Shown here piece after piece: positions 47,333-58,712 of a stretch of DNA of 64,000 nt. How positions within the stretch are numbered: position 1 is the first letter of the stretch; each line of letters starts with the position of its first letter. Origin of the DNA: Octopus sinensis (lineage: Eukaryota); the NCBI RefSeq assembly GCF_006345805.1, contig NC_042997.1, positions 91,140,001 through 91,204,000 of the forward strand, written 5' to 3'. Under the pieces are notes generated by a model that ran no database searches, was not told where the DNA came from, and saw only the letters and a list, made by a program, of their open reading frames with translations. The translations under genes and the position numbers were made by a program.

Positions 47333-50300
47333 TGTAATTGTAGGAAGCCAGTGTCAGGAGGTAACATTGCATATTTCATCATATAAGTGATTATAATTAC
47401 CGAGGTTCTACTGCAAGTAATGCAAAAGTAGGCATAACTTTTGAGACAGGTACAAATTGCACATTGGTAGAGTAACTGTTCTATCTCTTTGAAAAAAAAT
47501 TCAGGTGTATACTGTTGTACTTACTTTCATCTTGACTGTGTCTATGAAAGTGTGGTCCTTTGTTGGATCAAACAGAAGTTAGATGGCACCACATGTGGGT
47601 TGATTGGTGGGGCAACTGACCAGCTCAATTTGCTGATTGCCTAATTTGTTACCAAAAATGTGTAGTTGTGCATTATCTTGGTGAATGTGAATCAATTTAG
47701 ATTCTTGTTCAATCTATTCTTCCTAATAGCGTCTCTTAAGATTTTTGAGTGTCTTTCAAGGTACCACTCACTGTTTACAGTACACAGAAAAATAAAATTC
47801 AAGGAGAATGACATCTTTATTTTGAAGAAAAAAAACAATTACCATAGCTTTCTACATCAGTTAATAGTTATTGAACTTAAATCTTGGAGGTGTGATGCCT
47901 TTGCATAGACTGAACATTTATTTCTGGCAAATAAAGATACAGGCATGTTTCATCTCTTGTCACTATAATTGAATACGTTTTCAAACGTTTCCAGCAGATC
48001 AGAGTAGACTACCACTTTTCTCTCCTCCAGACTGCTATGTCAAGTGACAAGTATCTATTTTGCACATACTTTCCAATCCCCAAAGTCCCTTACCATCTTC
48101 TGTAATATAACCCAATCACAGTTCAGTAAGCAAGCTCAGGTTGTGACTCATCTGTCTGCACAAATTCATCCACTTGTTGGCAATTCGTTTTAGTGGTTAC
48201 AGTTGCTGATCCCCCATTGCATGGTTTGTCTTCAATGCTTTTTTTTTTTCTTTCGATTTTTAAAACTTCATACATTTGTAAACATAGCTCTTATCAGCAG
48301 TGTCATCTCTATATAGTCTTCTGTGGATATTCGGTGGCCTGCAACACCTCCGTCATCAAAAGAATTCAACGATAGCACATTGTCATTGCTGACAATGGAT
48401 TTCAAGCAAACAGGAAGAATTACTCTCACAACACATGCAATCAGATTGATCTCTATCAGTTACTAAAGTTATAACCACTTTTACATTACTTCTGGCACAA
48501 CTCTTGTATATTCCACCTAATTTGCTGCCCAATGTCTTTAAGTGATAATTTCAGCAGAGGCTAGAAAAGTGAGAGGAGTCCATGGAAGTTTACAATTCAT
48601 GACCTACTAGCAGATCAATTTGGTAGTGAATTGGGGCTCTGGTAAGAAATGATGGTTTAATGTACAGTTAGGTATTTGAGCTAAGTCAATAAATGAAGCA
48701 AGTAGGTCTAGCATGTGCCGTCAGGGTAGGCAGTTGGTGACGTTTATGTAGTAAAACAAAAAATAAGCAAAACACAGGTGCATGACTTGAGTTGAAGGCA
48801 GATTTACTTCTGCCTTTATAGCATGTAAAGAAAATGACAGGAAGTGTATGCAGCACTTGTACTACAGCATTAATATGCATATTTTAAATATTGAGATTGA
48901 AAGGCAGGGGTGAATTATGCCTACCTAATCTACAAAAAATATTTTGCATTCTATGTATAGTAATCAGAGCAACCTTCATATTTTTATTGAATTAGGCACA
49001 TATTTTACCATAAAAGAAAAATGTTGCTAATCAGTCTATTTTATTCAAGGTAGGCATTACCTACCTAGGCAGCACATCCCTGAAGTAGGTCAATATTTTG
49101 TGTAGTGACTGAGGTATGTAATTAATGAGTACTCTAGGAATAAGGGCTTTCTGAGTACAGCACTAAAATTGGTAACTACTATCAGTTTGTAATTCAACTT
49201 CTGGTGTGGAAAGAATTACTTGTACCTCATCTAGATGTCAATTTACTTGATCACTTAATGATTTTAATTGTATGATTAGCTTTTTAAAAATTGTTTATCA
49301 ATAACTAAATGAGGTCCCACAAATTTATGACCTATTTGGATGGAGAGTATATTTTGTAATGTAAATATTGTGGTAGAAAACCTGGACAAGCCTGATAATT
49401 GCACTATTTGTTATTTTCAGAAAACTTGCAATTAGTGGTACTAACATAAAACAGTGACATCAAGAATTTTTATCTTGTATGTATGATAGTAACATTAAAT
49501 GTATCATTCAATCAATCAGTGGAGCAATGATTCAATTGTATTTAAGGATGGAGTTATCGAAAGGACATACTTGAAGAATTTCTTGTAATTGACCATACTT
49601 CTAGGTAGCATGGTTGAAAGGATTTATATTACAAGGTGTAATGGGATAACTGACCAGTCACAGTTTTCTAGAGAGGTTTGGAAATTCTTAATGAGAAAAG
49701 TTTTATGACAACTGGTTCAGCAGATGGTAGTATCTCTATTTTTGGGTTCCATTGAAATATCTTAAATATTTGCATCACTAATTGAACAGAATTTTTGTGC
49801 CACCCAAAATCTGTTTTGTTACATGATTTTTTCTTCAAATATATTAAAATGAAAAATGTTTGAATGAAGCTTCATGAATTATGGTTGAAATCATAATCTA
49901 GTTTTCAGTGTTAATTTAACACTGGAAGTGCCATAAGGGAAGTTGTATACTGATGCATCAGGCCTTATGGCTTATAAATATTCCAAATAATTATTTAATG
50001 CCTGTATATAGAGATTACAACTCAAGATTATTTACTGCTAAAGTTTCTATAACTGGTACATAGAATCAGTCATGTAGATTGAGACAAATCTTCCAGTTCA
50101 AGAACCAAATCGGTAGCAGTGAAACAATGGTTTTCATTGCAACAGATGGATATTGCTTGCAGAGAACTGCCTGCTTTTCAGTGCTGAACAACCAGAGTAC
50201 TGATATACTGTAAATCACTATAACAATCATTTAAAACTAAATTGGTTACAAATCACTGAAGATGCGAATTGTATGGACTTAGGTACAGAAAAAAACCATT

Positions 50301-50599
50301 CATGTTTATAACTTGTTAATGAAATAGTTCAAGCACATGTTTATCGCAGACACAGCAAGATTGTCAACATTTTATTGAATATGTGACATTTGAAACTATG
50401 ATATAATAAGCATTCAAGAGAGCAGTCATTTGTGTAACACCAATACAAAGTCTAATTCAACTAATTGTTTTTTATTTCTTTATTCTGAATGATGTAGATT
50501 TTTAATACACTAGAAGAGTTATGGAGGATGCAAACGTGAAGGTTATCACATGATAGAAATTAAGAATATATTTTCCCCACCAAAGAGTAAGGAAATATA

Positions 50600-50649
<50 letters not shown>

Positions 50650-51445
50650 CATATATATATAACACGACTTGAACAACATCAGGAATGAAATTGCCTTTCA
50701 AAAAGTATTTCCTAAAAACCAGACAGACTTCTGGAAAAAAGACAAACAGTATCAATAAATTAACAATACAATGTTAATGTAGATGTTAAAATAAAAAGCT
50801 GAACACATGAAAGTTTTTCACCTGAATGTAAATAGGTTGTAAAGATTCATAGGGAAGTGAGCCACTGACTTCTGATTAAAAACTGAATATTTAGTCTGTA
50901 AATGTAGGTTATTAATTGTAAGAACAGTCCTTTCTGAGTAGAGAATAAATTATAAACATCTCTAAGGAAAATTAAAGAATAAAAATTAATTGGAGGAAAT
51001 TCTTGAATTAATCTGAATCTGGCATTTATTTTATTAGTTTCATGAATTTTCCAAAGTTAGATAAAAGAATCAAGCTATTGCAAATATAGCTGTGGAATAT
51101 TTCACATTTACAGAAGGGCTGCCTCACAACCTCAGACAGAATAAAAGCTTCTAAAGACAGAATTTGGAAAAAGCATGAATGTTCTATTTGCAAGACTAGT
51201 TTATGATTTTATTTTAAGTTTTATTAAAATTGATTATCACTATAACAGTCAAAAGAGGTAAACATGTCTATATTTTTGAATGTAAGCATGTTTATGTAAG
51301 TGTGTGCATGCGTGTGTATTTGTAAACAATGCTCCCGTGAACATAGTTCACTGAAAGCAAAGAAGAAAGTCACGCTCATGGAGACATCCAAGAGGGCGTT
51401 GTAATTAGTGTCTGAAAAAGATACACATACAATAGAAAGTGCTTG

Positions 51446-51600
51446 TTAGTCACTTGGTCTCTTTTCTCCAAATTTCTTAGTATGTTCTTCAGCATTCTTC
51501 AAGAACTTTTTCTTATCTTTAGTAAATTCTTCTGCTAAATCAGCTCTAAGAGGGTGCTCTGGCTCTGGGTCATTAACCAATGCCAACAATGCCTCTATAA
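51446..51600 (-). CDS. UBE2L3: Ubiquitin-conjugating enzyme E2 L3, last coding exon
   Basis: CTTGTAG| (V)[53 protein letters not shown]; 155 nt. Confidence 0.96.
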
Positions 51601-52422
51601 CTACAAGAGAAAAAAAAAGAAAGCATTAGATTATACATCTAAATCCAGACTCCAACTTGTCATTGCCATGTTGGTGTCCATTTATTTCAGTTAATTAACT
51701 AATCAATATTAAGTGAAAGGAATACTAAACTGGTATTCATCAGTTCAATAGTATTGGGGAACATAAATCAACAAGGGATCCTACAGCTGCTGATCCAATA
51801 AAGCAGCAACCAAAACAACCCTAGTTTTAAAAAAAATGGAAAGATACATTGAATAAAATACCCCCAGACACACTATATAAAGAAAGAGATGGAGGTGTGT
51901 TCCACATCTGATAAGTCTGCTTGATCAAGGGGCTGCCTTTGAACCAAATAACTTAAGTGCGTAACACTATTATAGTTAATCTTTTAGTGGCTTATTTGGG
52001 GAGCAGAGACATGCTAAATCTGAAAGTCAATGAGATTCTGGGGGAAAATAATTCAATAATTATGCAAAATAAGGTGCAGCAGCCCATTAGGAAGTTTGAT
52101 TAATTATAGCATGAAAAGGTTTAAAAGGCTAATAAACATTAAAATTAATAAAAGAAAACCATCAGTAAATAAGTTTCCATTCACTCAAAAGTATCTTTAA
52201 TTAAATTTGTATGATAACTGAATTAAAATATCTTCAATATTTACACTTGTCAATGTTATCTAGTTGTCTTTTGAGATGTGACATCGATCATCATTTGTTA
52301 CTGAAAGAATGCTGGTTCACACATACATTCACATACTTGTACATGCACACACATACTCAGAGTTGAAATGCTGTTTGATTTTTCTTTTCAGTGTTGAATG
52401 TTCATCATCCCACTTCCATTAC

Positions 52423-52453
<31 letters not shown>

Positions 52454-52857
52454 GTTGAAATGCTCCCACTACCAGTTCGTCATCTCCCCTTCCATCCTTA
52501 TTCATATGCTGTGATGGAGAAAAACACGAGTATTATTATAGTAGATAAATCTACTTTCAGGGTAAATTTCTCAGATTTTACTTACTTTTTTTTAATGCCA
52601 GCATAAAGTTAAAACCACATTATTTTAACTCATTCAACCATCAAATCACAATGCCTCTGAAGCTTTTGGCACAGATTAAGTGAAAGTTAATTTCTACCTT
52701 GTAATAAAGGATTTTACAACTAATACTATAGAAGACTGATTTCTGTTGTGCTCACCCATTAAATCTTTGTTAGAGAATTTATATGCATAAAATATATAAA
52801 CTGTCAAATGACTACACTACAGTTCCCAATAAAGCTTAGAATTTGTTAAAAGGTTAC

Positions 52858-53044
52858 CTTGGTCCATTTTTGAAGCTGGTTTCCAATTCTCTGCACTGAT
52901 AATTGGCAGGCATACCTGACCTTTCTCATCAACATTGGGATGATAAATCTTGGTTTGGAACGTAATTCGTGGTGGCTTGAAAGGATATTCAGCTGGGAAC
53001 TCTATCTGTATTTTAAATGCTCCTTTATTATAGGGAGGATTGTC
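52858..53044 (-). CDS. UBE2L3: UBE2L3 exon 3 (catalytic exon)
   Basis: TTACAG| [62 protein letters not shown] |GTAACC; HPN motif and catalytic Cys in GQVCLP; 187 nt. Confidence 0.97.
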
Positions 53045-54429
53045 CTGTAATATAAAAGCATCTAGGCTGATCAATCTTTTAAATGGGAATAGGTTTCACA
53101 AAAGTGGTGCATAAATCCTGAAAGCTTAAAAGACAAAAATGTATTACAACTGTAACAACCATAGTTTCCTCCATTAACACAAAACCACATTTTTACAAGT
53201 GAAAGAATCACTCCTCTCATATACCTGTAGCCATGATGATCTTTCACAACTTAACTTGTGAAACATCATCATGCATTTTGATCTAGCATTTTAGAAATTT
53301 ATATAAGTTACATCAGGTCTAAAGGTTTCAAATATAAAAGGAAAGATCATATTCATTGACCCTTTTCTTACCCTGGTTCTGTTGAAACACACTGTGTTTG
53401 ATTGTGTAATTTTGAAATACAAAAAAATTAGTAAAAAAAATCATTTTGGAACAGAAATTAAGATTTTTGTGAAGTTGTAATTTAAATCACTTTAAAACTG
53501 GATATTTGTATCATTGAAATAAAAGTTGTCTCCGACAGGTAGTATGGGGGGGGGGGGGTAACAGTTTGGTGTAGAGCTACGGCACACAGTTTGACAAAAA
53601 CCAAGAGAAGTCAATAGCTAGATTGCAACAGACAAAAGCAATATTTCTAAAAGTATTTGTATTTTATATCAAGTAAATAACTATCCCAGGCTGAAGTATT
53701 TCTTGGCTCTAGTGCCTCCTTTGTTACACTGAATTAGGTTACTGGGGTATAATCCTATAATATCCTTTTGTATTTCTCATTTTTATTTAACCCTTTCATA
53801 ATCACACCTGAAACTTTTCAGTCTACTTGCTTCCACCTGTAATTATTAATTCATACTGGAGTGAGAATATTGATAAAAATTTATGTCAGTGTAATAATGT
53901 GTATAAATATCTTCAAATACAAACTAAGATAATTTTGAAGCAACTTAGATATTTAGATAAAGCAAAGTACATGTCTAATGTTCTGAATTGTTTAAACTCC
54001 TGCTGATTCTTTTAAAATTCATATTAATTTCATCATTTGACCTACAATGCAGCATTTACTAATGGATAGTGAAAGTCTCAAAGCAATGACAACTTGTTTT
54101 AAGCTACAAGTACTAGTATTTCACAATGTATTAAGAGAATGCTGGTGGCTAAGAAGCCTGCATTCCTCACTGTATGCACAGTTAAGGAATCCAATATTAC
54201 AATACATAATGTTAAGAATACAGCATATAATTGCACTGTGAAGGTAGGTGTCAGTAACACTGACAAAAAGAAATGAACATATTGAGTCATTTCAATGGTT
54301 AAATGAATGCCTACAATTATTACTGGAAATATCTTTGAAAACGCTTACATTCAAAATATAATAGGATGATTTCACTAGAAAAGTTCATTTACAGTTAGAG
54401 ATTGCCAACAGCCTTGGAAAACTTATGAG

Positions 54430-54570
54430 GAAAGATTATGCTGAGTTTGTGATGAAATTTTCTGATGAAGACAAAGTTACATATATTGATGAAACAAATG
54501 TCAAACTTTCCCTTGCAGAAAGAAAGTGCCTTTTTCTAAAAGGTCCAAATGTGCATAATTCTCTTTTGGA
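54430..54570 (+). mobile_element. Possible IS630/Tc1-type DDE transposase relic
   Basis: DYAEFVMKFSDEDKVTYIDETNVKLS resembles the first catalytic YIDE(T/S)GFN motif; short match. Confidence 0.35.
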
Positions 54571-54591
54571 ATGGATTATGATTTAGTAATC

Positions 54592-54833
54592 ATCATCATC
54601 ATCATCATCATTTAACGTCCGTTTTCCGCGCTAGCACGGGTTGGACGGTTTCGACCGGGGTCTGGGGAGCTCGGGACTGCCCCAGGCTCCAGTCTAGTCT
54701 GGCAGTGTTTCTACAGCTGGATGCCCTTCCTAACGCCAACCACTCCGCGAGTGTAGTGGGTGTTTTTTACGTGCCACCTGCACAGGTGCCAGAGGGGTCT
54801 GGCATCGGCCACGTTCGGATGGTGCTTTTTATG
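54592..54833 (-). mobile_element. F2 SINE-like repeat, truncated by the adjacent GC-rich array
   Basis: (CAT)n tail, then the F2 core, ending abruptly at GTGCTTTTTATG. Confidence 0.8.
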
Positions 54834-55290
54834 GGGGGGGTGCAGAAATATAGGGGAGCACCAGTGGGAGGGGTGGTTCAGAGGACAGGTACTAGGCAAG
54901 TAGAACGTAGGATATCGAGAGAGGGGTAATGCATGGTGAAATAGCGTATTGAAGAGGGGGGTTCGTGGTGGGGGGGTGCAGAAATATAGGGGAGCACCAG
55001 TGGGAGGGGTGGTTCAGAGGACAGGTTCTAGGCAAGTAGAACGTAGGATATCGAGAGAGGGGTAATGCATGGTGAAATAGCGTATTGAAGAGGGGGGTTC
55101 AAAGAGTAGACACCTACAATGGTGGTGGGGGGGTGCAGAAATATAGGGGAGCACCAGTGGGAGGGGTGGTTCAGAGGACAGGTTCTAGGCAAGTAGAACG
55201 TAGGATATCGAGAGAGGGGTAATGCATGGTGAAATAGCGTATTGAAGAGGGGGGTTCAAAGAGTAGACACCTATAATGGTGGTGGGAGAA
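54834..55290. repeat. G-rich tandem array, 3 near-identical units (136, 157, ~157 bp)
   Basis: TGCAGAAATATAGGGGAGCACCAGTGGGAGGGGTGG recurs at 54841, 54977 and 55134. Confidence 0.9.
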
Positions 55291-55364
55291 ACGACATCCG
55301 GTATAGTTGGAGCAAAATAGAGATATCCGTATTGGTGGTGGGGGTGGGCAGGGCAGGCGCGCCG

Positions 55365-55960
55365 CGAAGAATCGGCAGCCAATTTCTAATCAGCCCTGTA
55401 AGGGAGATAGATCTTAAATATCTATAACGATAACTAGTGAATTACAGAATATGCAAAAACGAGGCGAGGCTGAAATAGTAAACAGAGTGGCGACTAGGGG
55501 GATCAGAATAATAATAATTAATAAATAATAATAATAAATAGAGATACGGATGAATTAAAGTTCAAAGATTTCTTATCTTGGGATCACTTCGTTTACGGAC
55601 AGACTTGGCAAAAGGAATTCGGAATCAAGAGTGAGGCAGGTTACTAGCTTAAGTATGCATAGCCATGGCGAGGGGTAGGAAGAGAGGAGTCCAGACAGAC
55701 GACAATGTAAAAAGAGGGGGAGAGAAGGGAAGAGAAAAACCCCACGAAGAATCGGCAGCCAATTTCTAATCAGCCCTGTAAGGGAGATAGATCTTAAATA
55801 TCTATAACGATAACTAGTGAATTATACAGAATATGCAAAAACGAGGCGAGGCTGAAATAGTAAACAGAGTGGCGACTAGGGGGATCAGAATAATAATAAT
55901 TAATAAATAATAATAATAATAATAAATAGAGATACGGATGAATTAAAGTTCAAAGATTTC
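55365..55960. repeat. Pair of ~210-bp direct repeats flanking a 172-bp spacer
   Basis: CGAAGAATCGGCAGCC...TTCAAAGATTTC at 55365-55572 and 55745-55960; they differ mainly in (AAT)n length and a 2-bp indel. Confidence 0.9.
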
Positions 55961-56134
55961 ATGTATATTTATTATATGGTTAGCTTATTTAAGGAGTTTG
56001 TCTATATTTGAACCATTTCTTATTTTGATTACAATTTAATGACTTGTACTAGCTTTGTGTTATTTTATTTAATTTTAAAGTATTTAATAATTTAAGTATT
56101 GTTTTAGTTTTCACTTATGTATATTTAGTATTTT

Positions 56135-56168
<34 letters not shown>

Positions 56169-56281
56169 AAAGTATATTTATTAATTAATTATTTTATTGT
56201 TCTAGTTTATTTTTAACCTGATGAGTGACTATATTTATATCGAAGCGATTTCTCTACTACTATAATCATTTCTTAAATATA

Positions 56282-56790
56282 GCCTGTTGAGGCAAGTGAG
56301 GATCAGAATCGAAATCAATCAATGGAAATTGCAGATGTGTTACCAGTGCCGGTGGCATGTCGAAACTCTACTTGTGAAGACCCGTTGAGGCAAGTGAGGA
56401 TCAGAATGGAAATCGATCAATGGAAATTGCAGATGTGTTACCAGTGCCGGTGGCATGTAAGAGAACCTTCCGTTTCGCGACCGTTGCCAGCACCGCCCCG
56501 TTTCGTGTCCGTTGCCAGCCTCGCCTGGCCCTTGTGCCGGTGGCACATAAAAAGCACCATCCGTTCGTGGCCGTTTTCCAGCTCTGTCTGGCACCTGTGC
56601 GGGTGGCACGTAAAAAGCACCCACTACACTCACGGAGTGGTTGGCGTTAGGAAGGGCATCCAGCCGTAGAAACACTGCCAGATTTGACTGGGCCTGATGA
56701 AGCCTTCTGGCTTCACAGACCCCAGTAGAACCGTCCAACCCATGCTAGCATGGAAAATGGACGCTAAACGACGATGATGATGATGATGAT
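56282..56790 (+). mobile_element. F2 SINE-like repeat with a duplicated 5' part
   Basis: GTTGAGGCAAGTGAGGATCAGAAT..GATGTGTTACCAGTGCCGGTGGCATGT occurs twice, followed by the F2 core and a (GAT)n tail. Confidence 0.8.
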
Positions 56791-57289
56791 GTTTCTGGCA
56801 CACATATTTACACAATTTTTATTTTGAAGTATTTAAAAAATTATTTGGAAATTATAAAAAGAAACAAATGGTAGATTCAGACTCTCCATATTTTAAAACC
56901 ATTTTATTGCAAAATGCTATGTTTCACTGGCTGTAAGCAGCCTTCTGTGCAATCAGTGATGAATTTAGAAAGGTTTAAAAAAAAAAATAGAAATAAGGTG
57001 TCAGAAATGACATAGAAAGGAGAAAAATGTAATACACATTGCCAATCAAAGCCTAATATCAAATTCTTCTTCACCCTACTTTATTCAAGATTAATATTGT
57101 CATTATTATGATTATTATGTATCTACGTATGTAACTCCTTTTTTATTACCCTCTATAAGTAGGTCAAACAAAAGAAATTGAGAATCCAGGAACCTTTAGA
57201 TCACTTCTAACACTCAACTGAAGTATTTTGACTATATGCAAATAACCACATAATATATATCTATATATCATTGTGACTGCTCAGGCTAT

Positions 57290-57562
57290 CTGATGTTGCT
57301 ACACATTACTGGTCACAATGCGCTTCGCATTGTTTTAGCCTTGAAATTACACCACCCTGCTGGCTAAGCGAGCAGGCCAACAGAAGAAAGAGTGAAAGTC
57401 GTGGCGAAAGAGTACAGAAGAGATTGCCACCACCCCCTACTGGAGCCTCGTGGAGCTTTAGGTGTTTTTGCTCAATAAACACTCAATGCCAAGTCTGGGA
57501 ATTGAAACCGCGATCCTAAGACCGCAAGTCCGCTGCCCTAACCACTGGGCTATTGCGCCTCC
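57290..57562 (-). mobile_element. tRNA-derived SINE (family S3)
   Basis: Minus-strand head GGAGGCGCAATAGCCCAGTGGTTAGGGCAGCGGAC...GGTTTCAATTCCCAG with A- and B-boxes. Confidence 0.8.
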
Positions 57563-58616
57563 ACACACATATATTCACTGTCAAAATGTAAATATTGGTT
57601 AAATAAAGGATAAAAAATAAAACTCATTCCAAATTCAAAAGTAATTAAAAGTTGTGCTTTTAAACAATTTTACAGGTTTTAAATTTGAAATCAATTTCTT
57701 TACACAAAATAATAGACATTATTATTACAAACACCAAACACTTTTACCATTAGGCACATTAGGTTTAGAAAACACAAAATAATTCAGTTGTTGCATGACT
57801 TGCTAAAAATAGCAGCCAAAACTTTCACAAACCACTCAGTATGCTATATTGAATGATATAGTTCCTGATATGCAAATGAAATTGTCACAATTAAACATCT
57901 TTCATTATAGTCTTTTAATGGATGATCTGAAACTACAGAATAACAAAGTTTACATTGAGCCAAATGCAGCAAGACACTGCAACGAAATTTCCCTATTATC
58001 ACAACCGTCTTAAATTAAGAAAAGATATTTTAGAAAATGTAGTGTCAGATTGGATCCTACTGCAAGGTGTCTTGAATAAATTTGTTTTCTATAGTCAGAT
58101 ATGTGGATTATACTTGTAATTCAAAAAGGTACAACCTTATCACACACTGTATCACATTAATTCTACCTGAGAATTATGTTATGGGAACATATGTCTGCTC
58201 AGCCAATTACATGTTAATTTAGGAGCAGGTAATCCATTTGATGAAACTACTGAATGATGAAGACCCATCACACAATTTGGACTAAGCTTTGCCCGACTGT
58301 AAAACTTAGGGTCCAAGCCAAAGCAAATCTTATAATAAATCTGATTTACATTTGGCCAGCAACTTTTCACTTTCAAAGCAAGATGGTCTATTCTGATATT
58401 TTCACATTGTAGCAAACACTATCTTTATGATTTCCCAAACTGTCTTGATTAGATTCAGAAAAGACCAATATTAATTGGTTTGAATTACCAATTAGACATT
58501 ACTCAAAAATTCAACAAGGATACAAAATAAAATTACAGCCCCATAACTATTTATGTTCACTTTGTGTGTGTGCATGTGCGAGAGAGATATAAAGAGATGA
58601 ATGAAAAACCACTTAC

Positions 58617-58712
58617 AGGCACTAATAGGCAGTTCCAAAGAAGCATATTAGAGCGATCAGGATTTATTTCACAATATGATTTGTTGATTCCAGTTTTCAA
58701 TTCAATTAGTTC
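58617..58712 (-). CDS. UBE2L3: UBE2L3 exon 2 (divergent)
   Basis: TTTTCTAG| ELIELKTGINKSYCEINPDRSNMLLWNCLLVP |GTAAGT; 96 nt, phase 0 to 0, collinear with vertebrate ELEEIRKCGMKNFRNIQVDEANLLTWQGLIVP; joins exon 3 in frame. Confidence 0.85.

Noticed and set aside
53755-53770. ATATCCTTTT U12-like donors here and at ~11456
   Set aside because: No matching branch point/AC or exon context; the 53.7-kb one is antisense to UBE2L3.
56215-56255. CTGATGAG...CGAAGC hammerhead-like motif (also CTGATGAG...AGAAAC at ~62012)
   Set aside because: GAAA mutated or stem II/III and the cleavage triplet absent, with no stem I complementarity.
57490-57562. tRNA gene
   Set aside because: A/B boxes are present but no complete cloverleaf, and it continues into a SINE body; it is a tRNA-derived SINE head.
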